Shown: piece after piece, positions 1-13,800 of the stretch
How positions within the stretch are numbered: the stretch's first letter is position 1
Layout: each line of letters starts with the position of its first letter
DNA from: Orbicella franksi
Lineage: Eukaryota
Direction: 5' to 3'
Length of the DNA stretch: 64,000 bases
Assembly: GCA_964199315.1 (NCBI GenBank)
Contig: OZ116711.1
Span: 19,840,001-19,904,000, forward strand
The notes under the pieces: model-generated
Told to the model about the DNA's origin: nothing
The model's database searches: none
What the model saw: the letters and a program-made list of their open reading frames with translations, nothing else
Translations under genes and position numbers: made by a program

Positions 1-111
1 CTCTGTTTGGAGTGACAAACTGTGAGAGTCAATTGTCTTGTGAAAATGTACTACACAGTAAGCTCGGTAAGCGGTAGAACTCAGACCGCTCTTTTCAGTC
101 TGTAATCTTTA

Positions 112-472
112 AGGCTGGTTTTCACTAGAGCATATCAATAAAAAGCACAAGCGAAAACAGCCGCGACATAAACATAAGCATAACCAGAAACATAAGAAGA
201 ACAAACTCACTTATTTGTCTTGTGCAGTTTTCATTAGTAACGCGCTCGACATAAGCATAAGCATTGGCACAAGAAGAACGAACAGTTCTGTTTTTCTTGT
301 GCTTATGCTTATGCTTATGTCGAGCGCGTTACTAGTGAAAACTGCACAAGACAAATAAGTGGGTTCGTTCTTCTTATGTTTCTGCTTATGCTTATGTTTA
401 TGTCGTGGCTGTTTTCACTTGTGCTTATGCTTATGTTTGTACTTAAGCTTATGCTCGAGTGAAAACCAGCCT
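112..472. mobile_element. Fold-back MITE, PIF/Harbinger-like
   Basis: TIR AGGCTGGTTTTCACT...AGTGAAAACCAGCCT. TTA target duplication at 109-111 and 473-475. Nearly the whole element is palindromic and built from CATAAG/CTTATG units. Confidence 0.8.
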
Positions 473-675
473 TTAGGTTTACGCATTTCAACTCCCCAAA
501 CAGGATCAAAACCTGAAGGCCATCAATTTCGCTTAGACATTTACTCCGTTATTTGCTTTTAATAAAGGTATAATTATTTCACTATCGAAATTTCAAACGA
601 TTTTTCCTCTCCGTTTACTCAAACCATCCACTCACCAAAATATAGCTATTAAATTACACTTAACAATATTTACCA

Positions 676-790
676 ACTAGATTACGAGCTCGATATTTCT
701 ATGCAGTGATAGTTGGTGAGGCCGAAGGCCGAATCAACTATCCCCTCATAGAAATCGAGAGCGAATAATCTAATTGTTTTAGTAGAATTC
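676..790. repeat. Hairpin-type dispersed repeat
   Basis: Imperfect inverted arms (TAGATTACGAGCTCGAT..TTCTATG..GATAGTTG / CAACTATC..CATAGAAATCGAG..AATAATCTA) around GGCCGAAGGCC. Followed by AATTGTTTTAGTA, as in the repeat at 11670. Confidence 0.55.
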
Positions 791-1086
791 TTACTAAGAT
801 TTTCTTCAGCTAACCATTTCCAATTGTTTAAGTACATTGTATTTAACTTTATGCTTAAGAAAAATCGCGCGGACTGAATTGTCGTCTGGAGTTTCCTGTT
901 GTGTACGCGCGCTCTTCAGTTTTTTCAATTTTTTTTCTAGTTTTTAAGAAATGAAACCGTGAATGTCCTTCTTTTAGTTTTCTCAAGGATTTAGTTATCC
1001 ATTTGTATCTAAATGTTGTTCCGTACCTTCGCGAAAACAAGAAAACGTCGCGATTTCGCAGAACACCTCCAGCCACTGCACACCAA

Positions 1087-1805
1087 TGACTGATAGTATA
1101 CGAGTAGCTCAGCTAATTAGATTACAGCATTTGCATTAGTATACCAGAAGAGTTCTACTAATCGCTGATAGTGTACGGTCACGCAACCAATCAGATTGCA
1201 GCATTTGCATTAGTATACTAGTAGAATTCTACTAATGGATGATTTTTTATTTTATTTTAATATTTTATTTTATTGATACAAACATATTACAGCATTGCAA
1301 CAAATTACAAAAGTAGTGCAAAAAAAGATGGGCGTTACAACTGATAATATTCTTTAAAAAAAATAGTACATAATGTTTACGACAATAAATATCACAAGCA
1401 ATATGTCTCTCTAGCTTTGTACAAATGTATATTGCTGGGGGAAAGGGCAACGTCAAGTCATTTGTCTATTTCAAGCTGGATAATAAATTTGGATATGAAT
1501 TCAGAAGTATCTTGTTTCTTTTGCATTGTTTTGCAAGCATAGTGGTATTGCTTTGCATATAACAGAAGAAGACCTACTAATGGTTAATAGTATATGAGTA
1601 GCTCAGCCAATCAGATTGCAGCATTTACATTAGTATACTAGTAGAATTCTACTAATGCCTGATGGTATACGAGTAGCTCAACCAATCAGATTGCAGCATT
1701 TGTATTAGTATACCAGTAGAGTTCTACTAATCGCTGATAGTCTACGGTCACTCAGCCAATCAGATTGCAGCATTTGCATTAGTGTTCAAGTAGAATACTA
1801 CCAAT
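1087..1805. repeat. About 78-bp tandem repeat (about 5 units), interrupted by an insertion
   Basis: The unit CTACTAAT..GATAGT..CCAATCAGATTGCAGCATTTGCATTAGTATA..AGTAGAATT recurs near 1087, 1157, 1574, 1650 and 1725. Confidence 0.8.
1239..1573 (-). mobile_element. 5'-truncated non-LTR retroposon fragment
   Basis: 10-bp direct repeat CTACTAATGG at 1229-1238 and 1574-1583. T-rich tail on the plus strand at the left end. The sequence is unrelated to the surrounding tandem repeat. Confidence 0.55.
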
Positions 1806-1820
1806 AAAAATTCTCCCTAC

Positions 1821-4800
1821 CGTAGAAGCCACATCCAGTAAGCCACTGCTTGGCAAAACAGAGAAATAACCGACCAGCAGTTCACACAGTCCTGACACAA
1901 GACTACCCATGTGATCTCTTATGGTGCCTATCGCTCTCTCCAGACAAAGACAGAATTGCTACCAAAACGAGAAACAAAACAAAAATAAAGTTAAATGATT
2001 AAACTCCCTTAAGTTTGAGCCAAGCACTAACGAAACGCTGATTTGCCTCTGCAAATATTGTATGAACAGTATGAAAGATTTCATAGCAGTGGAAGTAACT
2101 TTGAAATAGGTCAAATATTGAGCGAACACAGAATTTGAAAGGAAATTTGACGACAAGTGATTAACAAAAAATTAGAGTTCCGAAATATTCAGTTTGCAAA
2201 CAAAAAATACGTGCATCTGACAAACAATTTACTGAACAGTAATTCTAGATCTATCATTCTTCCATACTTTTTTGTCTGTAGACCAAGTCAACTTAGTAGC
2301 TGTAGGCAACAGTCCTTATCTCTGATATTCTTGTAAGGTAATTTTGGCTTGTGGACGAACCTCGAGTTTTTTCCCTCGAAGAGGTATCATGATTTTACAG
2401 TGGCACGTAATTCCTGATATGTTTTTTTTTTTCGCCTTAACACCCTAAAATGAACTGGGATACCTCTAACAGAAGTCTTTTTACGTTTACACACACAAAG
2501 CAAACCAGAAGTTGTAATTAACCTCTAAAAGGTACGACGCTCACCCTATCTCTTCAGATGAGAGACCCCTCCCCACCCACCCTATTTCTTTCATGTGAGA
2601 GACCATCCCTCCCCACCCACCCTATCTCTTTCGTATGGGAGAACCACCCTCCCCACCCACCCTATCTCTTCCATATGGGAGACCCTCCCTCCCCACCCAG
2701 CCTGGAGTTATGCTTACTTGTTGTATATCGTTATCTTGTATCCAGTGCGTCATGGACTTCAATGATGGTAGAATATCATTCAGTATAACTGCAGCCTACA
2801 AACCACAAGATAATTGAGATAAAAAAGTAGCTTTCACTTACCATATCTGAACAAAAAAATACTTGACATTACAATTCAAATATTTAATTAACTCGCAGTG
2901 TCGTTTTCTTTCATACTAGCTGATTGACTATTTCAATTCAAGACTCTCAAAGTCCAGAATTAAGAAACGCTCAAATTTCATTTAAAAAATTTCAGGGAAA
3001 ACAGTTAGTTGGTTCGTCATAGCACATGTTCAAATCTCTTGAAGCAATTAGGCCTGGTTCACACCAGCGACATAACGACATAATGACATAATCTGTTATG
3101 TCAATAATGTGAACATCGACATAACGAAAATGTCAGTTTGTTTTCCTTATGTCGTTATGTTCATGCTGTTTTGTCGCTATTTTGTCGTTATGTCGGCATA
3201 TTCACACTAAAAACTTGACATAACGTCCTTCTTGTATCGTTATGTTTATGTCGTTATGTCGCTAGTGTGAACCAGCCTTTACCAACGATGAACACATACT
3301 CACAGGGTGAGGTTGATTCTCAACATTGTCAGGATCCAAACATTTGAACAACACCACAAAGATCCGCAAATGAAACTGAAGATTAGCTTTCATTTCTGGA
3401 GCAGGCTGGAAGGAGGAAAAAAAAATAAAACTATCAAAAAAAGAAGAACTACCACAAACGCTCAATCAAGTCCACGAAGAAGTGCACAACATCTCAAAAC
3501 AATTGGAGGATCAAACAACTGAGGTCTGCATATACCCAGCATGTTCCGTCAGTAAACAGTACGTCAGTACCTCCATTTGAAAACGCAACAATCACCGGCC
3601 ATTTTGGATTTGTATTTGCGGAAAATTCTGGCAGCGAAATCACATGATTCTCTTGACCCCATCGTTTTCGAATAGCTCAGTTTTTCTAAATGTTTTCCGT
3701 TCACACGAAAAACGCAAAGCCAGTGTTTTCAAATTTCTCCGGTTTGAAGAACGTTTTCGAAACGCTCCGTTTTAGTGACAGATTAGTGTGGACGGTTGGC
3801 CTAACCGTAGAAAAAAAGCTGTGTTTTCAAATTTCTTCAGCGTAGTGTGGACTCTATCTTAAAAATATAGCCCCGACTGTTCAACTTAATCGTTTGGTAC
3901 GTTTGTACTGAGCAAAAAAGGTTAACAAACCGTCAACCACGGAGGTTAACATTACCTGTTGCTGGACCAGCCGAGCAAAGCCTTCCACATACGGATTGAA
4001 TATCGCTTTCACTTGTTCCAATGCGCCAGCAGTGTCTTGTACAGATAACACATGTCCAATACACTCAACACAACGGATACGTTCTCGCTCCTGGAGATAA
4101 AATCAATATTATAAAACTTTAAGGCAAAAAGCTGTTAAAATTATGAGTCTAAACGTTTTCGATCTGTTTGATCATCATCATACGTTTCATACTATCATCA
4201 ATCGTTTCATCATAAAACGTTTAGAATTATAATTTTAACGGCTTTTTACCTTAAAGTTTTATATTTTACTGTTACCCGCGAAATGTATAAAATCAATATT
4301 GCTGATATAGTCACGTATATAGAAAAAACACTTTCAACGCCTTCACGAATATTGCACAAACATTGCTGAGATAGATGTACGTGTAAGCTGGAAAGATAAG
4401 TCCGTTCTAATTCTCTGCATCAGAGTAAGCGCTTAAACCTGATTTCTGTAGCATAAAGGGAAAAGGAGTATTGCTTCTCCTCCCACCCCGGATTGGATGC
4501 TAGCCCATCGCAGGCCACCCTCCGGCATTTTGATTTATTGCCCCATACTACTGGGGGTGGGGGGGGAGGCACTGTTAGAACAAAGTGCCCCACCACAAAT
4601 ATTTCACAATGGCCTTAACCAGGACTCAAGCGTTTCCAACTGCCTGATGACACTTGAAATTTTCTTATTTCACTATTGGTTTTATAGGACTAGTGGTTTG
4701 AAGCAAGAAGAAAAAAATCACAGACTCACCTTCATACTAGCGCCTGATAGAGCAGCCTAAGAAAGCAGGAAAAATGAACTCGTCAACCTTCATTAATAAG

Positions 4801-7800
4801 ACAAAACTGGCTTACTTCTCTACAAAAACACAAATTTAAGATTGTTCTGTAGCAAGCAAAGAAAGAAGCAGTTTCCCCAATTCAAACTGCAGCCACAATG
4901 TTCATAAATCAGTGCAACTTTACCAACCCTTCTGCAACGTTAGTGTCTGAATTTTGCTTCTCAAACTCATTAATAATTCATGATGTTTAAAGAAAGGAAA
5001 TCATGAACGTGACAGTGTTCGGATATCTGATCTTAATTAGCACGGATTTTTACGATTTTATTTCTCCGTTTTCTCCTTAGTTTTGGTTCCGATTGAGGAG
5101 ATTTATCAAACAATCAAGACAGTGTTTGACCACATTTTCAAACACATCGAAGTTCGTCAAAAATACTCCGCTGCGCGTCGTATTTTCAACTCTCTTCTCG
5201 GTGTTTGGAAATGTGGTCAAACACGGTCTTTCGTGTTTCATATATTACATACAAACGCCATGACTACAACCATAAACACAGATGTGAAGCAAATTTTATA
5301 ATCACTTAATACGTTTTTACGTTGGGACTCTTTAGAAATCACCAGTCACTTATGAATTATCGCAATTAAGAATTGAACGTCCGTAATAAATGTACTCCTG
5401 TACGAAAACTCTTGCTCAATTTTTCTGAAGATTTTAAAACGTACAAGAAAGAATGTAATGAAAGAAGAGGGGAAGGAAGCTAGCAGAGACCGAGAAGGTA
5501 AACAAGGCTAGAAAAGGCAGAAAAAAGGCACGAAGTATAGAAATACGTGGGCACAATTATCTACTTGGTTGCGCCAATCCACTTTCTGTTATCAATTGAT
5601 CACCTGACAGTGTGACAGAATTTCCATCAAGGCACCAGGCTCCAAATCCTGGACACACTCTTCACAAATGCCACGCAGGGCCTGGGTAGAAGCCGATGCG
5701 AGATGTTCTTGAGATAAGCCTCCCAGCAAAACAGGAAGAACAGAACGGAGGTGATCAGGATGACACTTGAGCCATTCAGAGTAAGCGCCTGCCAGGATGT
5801 AAGATTCCAAATGTTACAAAATACAGCACTGTACACTGCACTTTTACAGACCCCCAGTTCTCCCCCCCTCAACCCACCTGTCAACCTCTTTCCCTTTACG
5901 CTGTATAGGCCCAAGGAATTATCGTTAAATATCAGGTAGTATTAAGTAACTTCTCCCAGTTCTTCCAGTACTTATTTTTAAGTGTACCATACCATGCAAT
6001 GCATACTCGAAAGCTGCCAAAGCTGGATCAGTAAGTAGGAAGGTCAATGAACAAAAACGGCACAAATTTTACAGCAAAAAACTCATTTCACTGCAACACC
6101 TCAGACAACAAAAATTTGTCTGGGGTAGGACTGCAAAGGACCTAGCCCTCTTTTTTCAGTTGCTTTTTCAAGGTGATTATGTGACGCACAGACAAGATGT
6201 CAGACGCCTCTCAAAATTTCATTCATTTTCATTTCATTTTATTTATTTATTCCATTCTAAAATTACAAAGATAAATATAAAGTAAACAAGTAAGAGGAGA
6301 AATGGAAAAGGGCAAAAGTATAGCAAGCTAATTAGATGCCCTTGTTTAATTGACAATAATAATTAGGGTAAAAAAGGTAACTTAACATAGAGGAAGAGGT
6401 ATGAATTAATTAATACTGAGCAAAAGTGCTGGAAGAGTGCTTTTTTAAAACGTTTTCTAGTCGCTAAGTTACGTATAGATAAAGGAAGGTCATTCCAATA
6501 GTAACATCCAATAACAGTGGGGCAAAATTTCCTTATATTTATTCTGGAGAAACCTGGATTTAAGTGTTGTAGGGATGCACTTCGAGTAACGTAGTTACGT
6601 TGCTCAGATACCAGAGATAAGGTGTAATTAGACGGTTTTTCATCAATAAGTGGTCATATAATAGCTGGCAGGTATATAGTTTAACAAAATTACTGCCCAC
6701 AACTGCACTCTGCCAAAACTGGGCTAACACTTTTTTACCCTAATTATTATTGTCAATTAAACAAGGGCATCTAATTAGCTTGCTATACTTTTGCCCTTTT
6801 CCATTTCTCCTCTTACTTGTTTACTTTATATTTATCTTTGTAATTTTAGAATGGAATAAATAAATAAAATGAAATGAAAATGAATGAAATTTTGAGAGGT
6901 GTCTGACACATTAATAAAGTTATTGATTGATTGATTGATTGATTGATGGGAAGTGTATGTGGAAGGCACGGTGGCTTCATGGTTAGTGCACTTGTCTCTG
7001 GATCAAGGGGTCTGGGTTTGAGCCCAAGCTGAAGACATTGTGTTGTGTTCTTGGGCAAGACACTTAACTCTAACAGTGCCTCTCTCCGCCCAGGTGTATA
7101 CAATTAAATGGGTACCGGCAAATTTAATGCTGGCAGTAACCCTGTGATAGACTAGCATCCCATCCAGGGGGGAGTAGAAATACTCCTAGTCGCTTCATGC
7201 CATAGAACAAGGAGATAAGCGCCAGGCTGATGGGCCACTGGGCTTGTATGGAGACTTAATCTTAGTGAATGGGAAAACACAAATGCCTACAGTGGTATTT
7301 ACCGAGGCCGTAATTATTGTAAATATACCTTACACACACATACCGACCATCAGCAGTGCCGTCTGAGAGACATACGAGTGAGCAGGTAGTCTTGGTAACA
7401 AGGAAAGAATAGCAGGGATGAAACTTTCTTCATTTGGTTCAACATATTCAGCAACAGATTGAATTAAATACAGAGTAGCATCTAATGACTGAAACAAAAA
7501 CATCCCGAAATGAGGCATGACATGGCAACATCTGTTAACTGCAACCAATAGCCAAACTGGACTGCTATTAATATTGTAAGTAGCTTTGAAACCAAAATAA
7601 TTCAGCCACATATTGTTTAATAATGTGTAATTCCAGAAAATATCCATACCTCCCCCATGGAAGGGGGAGGTATGGAAGACCCTCCCACCCCATGGAAGAC
7701 CCCCCAATCCCCTCGGGAAATTCCAGTTGAGTTTGATACATTTCTTTAAATGTTTTGGTCTTAGAGAGCCCCCCCCCCCCCCCCAAGGAAATTCCAATCC

Positions 7801-10800
7801 CTTCTGTGAGTGGAGTATGTTAATAATTACAGTAACAAATGGCATGCCAATGCTGATAGCACACTCACATGATGTCGCCCTTTGACTACAACTGTACCAG
7901 AATTCATCTCGTTTCTCCTTTATTAAATTCAAATTTTCGAACCACACTGGGGTTTAAATAACATAAAATGTCATAATATTATTATGCCAATTAGCATGAG
8001 AAAAAAATAAGGCCATCTTGCAAATTGCTTATTGATGAAGTCATGTCATTTTTTTAACAATGTTCTGTGTCCATCTGTTTTAACAAGCCAATCAAAATGC
8101 ACAATTTGTTCAAGGCGAACCTGTCAATTACAGTGTACAGGTAGATTACAGCCTTAACTGTGGTCAACTTCACCTCACAATAACAAAACTGATCAAACAG
8201 TGATGCTCATTTATTTATTACATAATAAATTAAACATTAGATTGTTAAGATCATTGTTAAAATGTCTCAATGATCTTACAAGTCCATGGCCTAGCTCCCA
8301 AGTCTCCTGAGAGTAACTCACGCTTCTATAGTGACCAGAACTTGCTGACACGACACTTGTCTTCGATTTACATGACTCATTACAGCCACAATGTTTAACT
8401 GCACAATGACAGAATTGCTCCCAAAAGTACACGCCTTTGAACACACCTGCCAGGTAGGTTCTGTTTCTCCAGATAACAATGTCGACAGCATGTGATACAG
8501 TTGTTGTAAACAATGAGCTCTCAGTAAACAGTAGACATACATCTGAAGAAAAATCAAATAGAGAAATAACATCACCAATACTCCATCATTTCTGAGAGAA
8601 ATTAAAAATTTACTTCTTTGTCCTCCTCTTCTTCTTCTTACATACATTAATCATTAAAATGTTACGCAAACAGGGGAAAAAAATGGAGAAGGTTATTTTG
8701 ATCTTAAGCGCAACACCTGAGCTATATTTACTGAGGCACATTAAATAAATTACAATATTTAGAGAGGAAGCCACATGCAGGTCCTCTATCATGGTTTAAC
8801 TGACATGACACATTCAGAGGCTACCTGCGTCATACAGTATGTGCCAATTAAAATGAAGTTCTTGTAAACAGGTAACATTTCAGAAGTGAATATTGTTTCA
8901 ATAATCAGTGCATGAACATGATTATCCTTTTACCACTATCAACGATGGGCTTGTTACTTCCTAATCTCTTGTGAGAACAACGATATTATCATTAAACCAA
9001 TGCATCAGGTTCATGTATACCCACCACAGTGTCAGCTATGTCCTGACGGTAGCATCGAAACTGTTCTTTCTCATCTTAAGTTAGGGAGACAAAAACCCAA
9101 TCAGATAATACATGAACACTTGAAATAATATGCTTTGTGAAAGGGCTAGCACTCAAAACATCAGCTTAAGAAACTCCCTACGGCTGTTAATTTACCTCTA
9201 TCAACTTCAAATTGATAAATGGCTACGGTCTAACTTGTTTTACTTGGCCACCAATGCAAACCAACAGTCTCTTTAGAAAATAAAAGCTTTGCCCAGTCTT
9301 GGAATAATAGTTTGCCACTTTGTTGTTTGTTGTTCAATGTTATTTTGCTCATGTGCATGTTTCAAATTCAGCCTTTTTCACCTGTACAGGAAAGCATCAT
9401 TTCTAAAACAATACAGGGAACGTATTCAAGACTGAGGCACCACATGATTTGAAATGGACAATTTAACATGCAAAGCTAACAAGCTTTACTGACGCTGAAT
9501 TACAATGCGTAAAACGATTTACAAAAAAAAGTAAGCAAAGTTCAAAATCTCTTTAATTCATTTCTCACCTGTAGAAAATCCCTGCCAAACATTTTCCGGT
9601 GGATACTGCACCTTCCTCATGAACACCTACAGTGAAAGGATAACTAGATGTTTTGAAGTCCACTTTGTCTTACCTACTTAAGGGGTGTTTAACACATAAT
9701 CATTTAATTTATTACAAATAATTGTTGTAAATTTTGTTTATATGAACTATATACACATAATGTGTAAGAAGCATAAATTACATGTTCAACAATACCTGAC
9801 ATAGAGATAAGAAGACAGGACCATACATAGCCTTGTGTTTCTCCATAGCACTTGGTTCTTCACTACTTATATCATCCTGAAGTTTCAAACCGGTTCAATA
9901 ATTAATTTAATCTCACATTAAATTAAGATAACCCTCAAAAGGCCACAAAAAGAAATAAGAGAAAAGTGGATTCCCAGGGGTGGATTGAGGATTTTTCAAG
10001 AGGGGGTATGGGTGGTACTTTGAGGTTGCAGAATCAATGGATTGCAATTTGAGAATAGCAGATTTTCAAGAATGATATCATCATTTGACTACAACAACCA
10101 GAATTCCTTTCGTTTTTTTTCTTTATTACCGGCATTTAAATTTTGAAGCCCCAATGAGGTTTAAATAACAAAAGTGAAGGATTCTGGTAGTTGTAGTCAA
10201 ATGACACCATCATGCAAATTGCCTATTGGAACCTACATGTAACTGAAAACTGTTACACCAGAATGAGACATCCATCCAGAATGTTTGCCTTATTTCTGCC
10301 ATGTTCACAATATTTTTCAACTTTTTTTTATTTTTTTCGCTTCTCCAAAAGAGGGGAGCCAATCCACCCCACCCAATCCACCTCTCCCCATCTAAATCTA
10401 CCCCGATTCTCTGTGACACAGGGTAAAACAAACAGCAGAGCCCACCTGTAAAGTATACCAAAAGTTGAATGTTATTTCACTGCATTGCTCATCCACAGGA
10501 TACCAGCCTGGTGCACCTGTGCACTCCTACAAACAAACAAATAACCAAACAACTTTATTGCTGTGTCAATCATGTAACAGAAACTACATGTTATAAATTA
10601 TAGTCAAACCTCTCTAATATGGACAATGAAGGGACAGTACAAAATTAATATATAAATTTGCTCTCATCCAGATTATTTCAAACCTCCAAGGAAAGAAAAA
10701 TTGAAAAATTGGGGAGTTCAAGTCTGTTAGTCATGTTCATGTCTGTCCATCAATCAGTCCATCTGTCTGTACATCTGTTTGTGTCTGTCCGTCCATCTGT

Positions 10801-13800
10801 CCATCTGTCAGTCAATTAGTCAGTAATTCCTCAACAAGTTTGTTTATTCACTTGTGTCATTGTTTGTTCATTCAGTTAGTCATCATTCCATCAAGTTTGG
10901 CTTGTGGTCATGACTTCTTTATCTTTAGAAATTTAACAACTCTTTCCATCCTCACCAGTAACAACTGAACAAGTGTAAATCCTTGTAATTCTCTTTCTCC
11001 CGTGTCAGCTGACAGCAACAATTTAAGATGTGTCTCAGTTAATGAGACCATGACTCGGCATAAACCTCTTGATGCGTCCTGTCACAATTCAAAACAAATT
11101 CCAAACAAGTAATATTGCTAGTTACAAAAACCCCAGCAGAATGGAAATTGAAATGTACAGTTGTATCTAGTATGCATACAGTACATTTGGATCAGGAGGG
11201 AAAAATATGGGAAACATTTTTAAAATTTAAAATAACTTAATGTTAAAATGCAATATCACCAGCAAGTACAAGGAGTAAATGGGAAGGGGGGAATCCAGAA
11301 GTTTTCATTGACATTATTTTTCAGCAGGAGGGAAATTGGTTTTCACAGGCAGGAAAAACGTTTTGAACTGAACTTCGTTGTAACAAGAACTTTCCTCTAG
11401 ATGGTCAAACCCGGCAGGCAAAATCATCCTCAAAGCTGGTCAATTTGCCCAGTGCCTGGCCCTTAATGAAACCCCTGGAAATCATCTCAGAGGTACCAAA
11501 GAAACAAGTTAGAATACACTGTAGTTCAAGCCCTAAAACAGATTATATACTCACCGTGTCTCCTGATTGTAATGCAGACCTCAATGTCTCACCAAGCCTC
11601 AATACACTGGAGACAAATTTCCACATGTAACTGGGATACCTTACAAATTAAAATACACAAGGTACTAATTAACAATTATTCCATGAAACCGCGTTGGATA
11701 TGAAGTGATAAATAACCAACGAGCGCGTAGCGCGAGTTGGTTATGATCACTTCATATCCAACAAGGTCGAATGGAATAATTGTTTTAGTATATTCTTAAT
11801 CGGGTTTTTGCCGCCGATTTTTATTTCAACAATTTTACAGAGCGGAAAATTTTTAAACTTGGCGCACTGTTTTCCATATAAGGTAAAACTCCGACTAATG
11901 GCTCATAGTCGGAGTTTTTGAGCCAATCAGAGAGCTAGAAATGCAATAGTCGGAGCTGAGAATATACTAATTGATGTTAAACATGACTATTAATGCAGCA
12001 GTGGTCAGTACGCCAAGTAAAACCAGCTACCAATAACAGTTGAACAAGAGGGAGTTAGGGTAGGGAACAACCTCTAAGAAGAGCACTATGCAAGAAAAAA
12101 TGCACGCACTAAGCAAACAGCTAAAACACCTTGGTCCAAGACTTGGAACCCTGACGTGAATACACACATATATGTATCTAAATGAGCTGACTGCAACATA
12201 CATTGTAAGGCTGCGGCTCTTTGTGGCAGTATTTTAACTGAGAAAATGCTGTAATCGAGCAGTGTTCTCAGGCAAGATGTGCTTCTCACAAGTTTGCTAA
12301 TACATACATGTAACTGAGGGACCTGCCAAAGTGCTAACTAGTGGGGTTATGGGTTGAGTACAGTCAGTAGCTTTTTTTTCCTTCGAACAGTTTGATTTAA
12401 GGTAATTCCTCTGAAATAAAAGTGACAATAGATTTTTGTTCAAACTTTGTCCACTGAATATTTGTCATATGATAACTTCAATTTTGAAATAAAAAAGGGG
12501 GGTGCCCATGCTCATTAAGGAGCAGTGAGGCATTGAAAATGCCCCATTTTTGCATTATTTAATGCTTATTATAAGAATGCATTCCCAGTAATTGTAACAT
12601 CTTTACAAGCCCGGACTCATAAGAACACGTATTAAACTACAGTCAATAGATTGTGTCGGACCACAAATAAACGTTTAAGTTTGATTCAGACAGAAAGCTA
12701 AATCCTTGATTAAAAATTTGAACCAAATTTCTTGACGTGGTTACCGACTGCAAAATAGAAAAGACCACAATGTATTTGCTATTTTTCTTATTTATTCAAT
12801 TTTCAGCAATAGAAATTAGATCAGTCTTTTCTCACGCAAAGCTTATGATTAGTTGATTACAACGATTGGAAAAAAAATTGGGGTGCCCATGCTTGTTGGT
12901 GAGCTAGAGCCATTTTTCAACTGACAGAGCTCAATATCAAGGCAAATCCGTCATGTTTTCTATGTTCGCGTGCACAAGCGCACGCCAATGACCCCCTAAA
13001 TTATGCGCAGTAAGGATGCGCAATGTAAATGTGAGGAATGACCTTAAATCAGGCTGTTAGCATTCATGTAACATACTAACAAAACTGTTAGGAAAGTGTA
13101 ATTTTCTAATTACTAGTACTACTCTGAAGAGCCCAAAAAACAACATTTTTTAATCATGTGTAGTTTCTTTCTTTCTTTTCTTTTTTTTTTTTTTTCAAGT
13201 ACAAGAATTCCTTATGTGCCTACTGGCACCTCGAGAACTGATGACAAGAATTCCTTACTTTATTCCAGATGGATGAGTGGCGACCTCGACCATCAAGTCC
13301 ACACTTGTGTCAAATAACTCAGGATTGAGAACTGACTCAAACACCTGAGGTAAGACATCATCAACCTCAGTGATTGTTACTCCAAACTGCACCCAGCTAA
13401 TCAAACATTTCAGTGCCTTGGAAGTGTTAAAAGAAATAATGTCAACACTACAAAACAACAAGAATTGTACCAGCCTTCCTTTCTCCCTGGGGAAGGGGAG
13501 GGGGGGGGGTGGGGGTGGGATGGCTACACAGGAGAAAGCATCTTGTTCCAGGTGCCCTCATTGCATTGCATAGTGTTTTTCAACAGGTCACTACTCTTAC
13601 AGTGCCTCACTCCCCTCCAGATGGTTAAGATGGTACCAGCAACGATAATGCTGGGGATATATGCAGCCCTATGATGACTAGTATCCCATCTAAAGGGCGT
13701 TGGAACAGAATTGCTCCTAGTCCACAGACAAAAATCAAGATCAAGTTCTCAGACTGAAATTATGGGACACTTTGGTCCAATTCAAGCTTAGCAGCAAATC

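Noticed and set aside
483-512. Possible IPO13 exon 24 (VLILFGELKC, phase 0-0)
   Set aside because: The phase fits, but the pyrimidine tract is weak and the similarity is marginal. Left out of the model.
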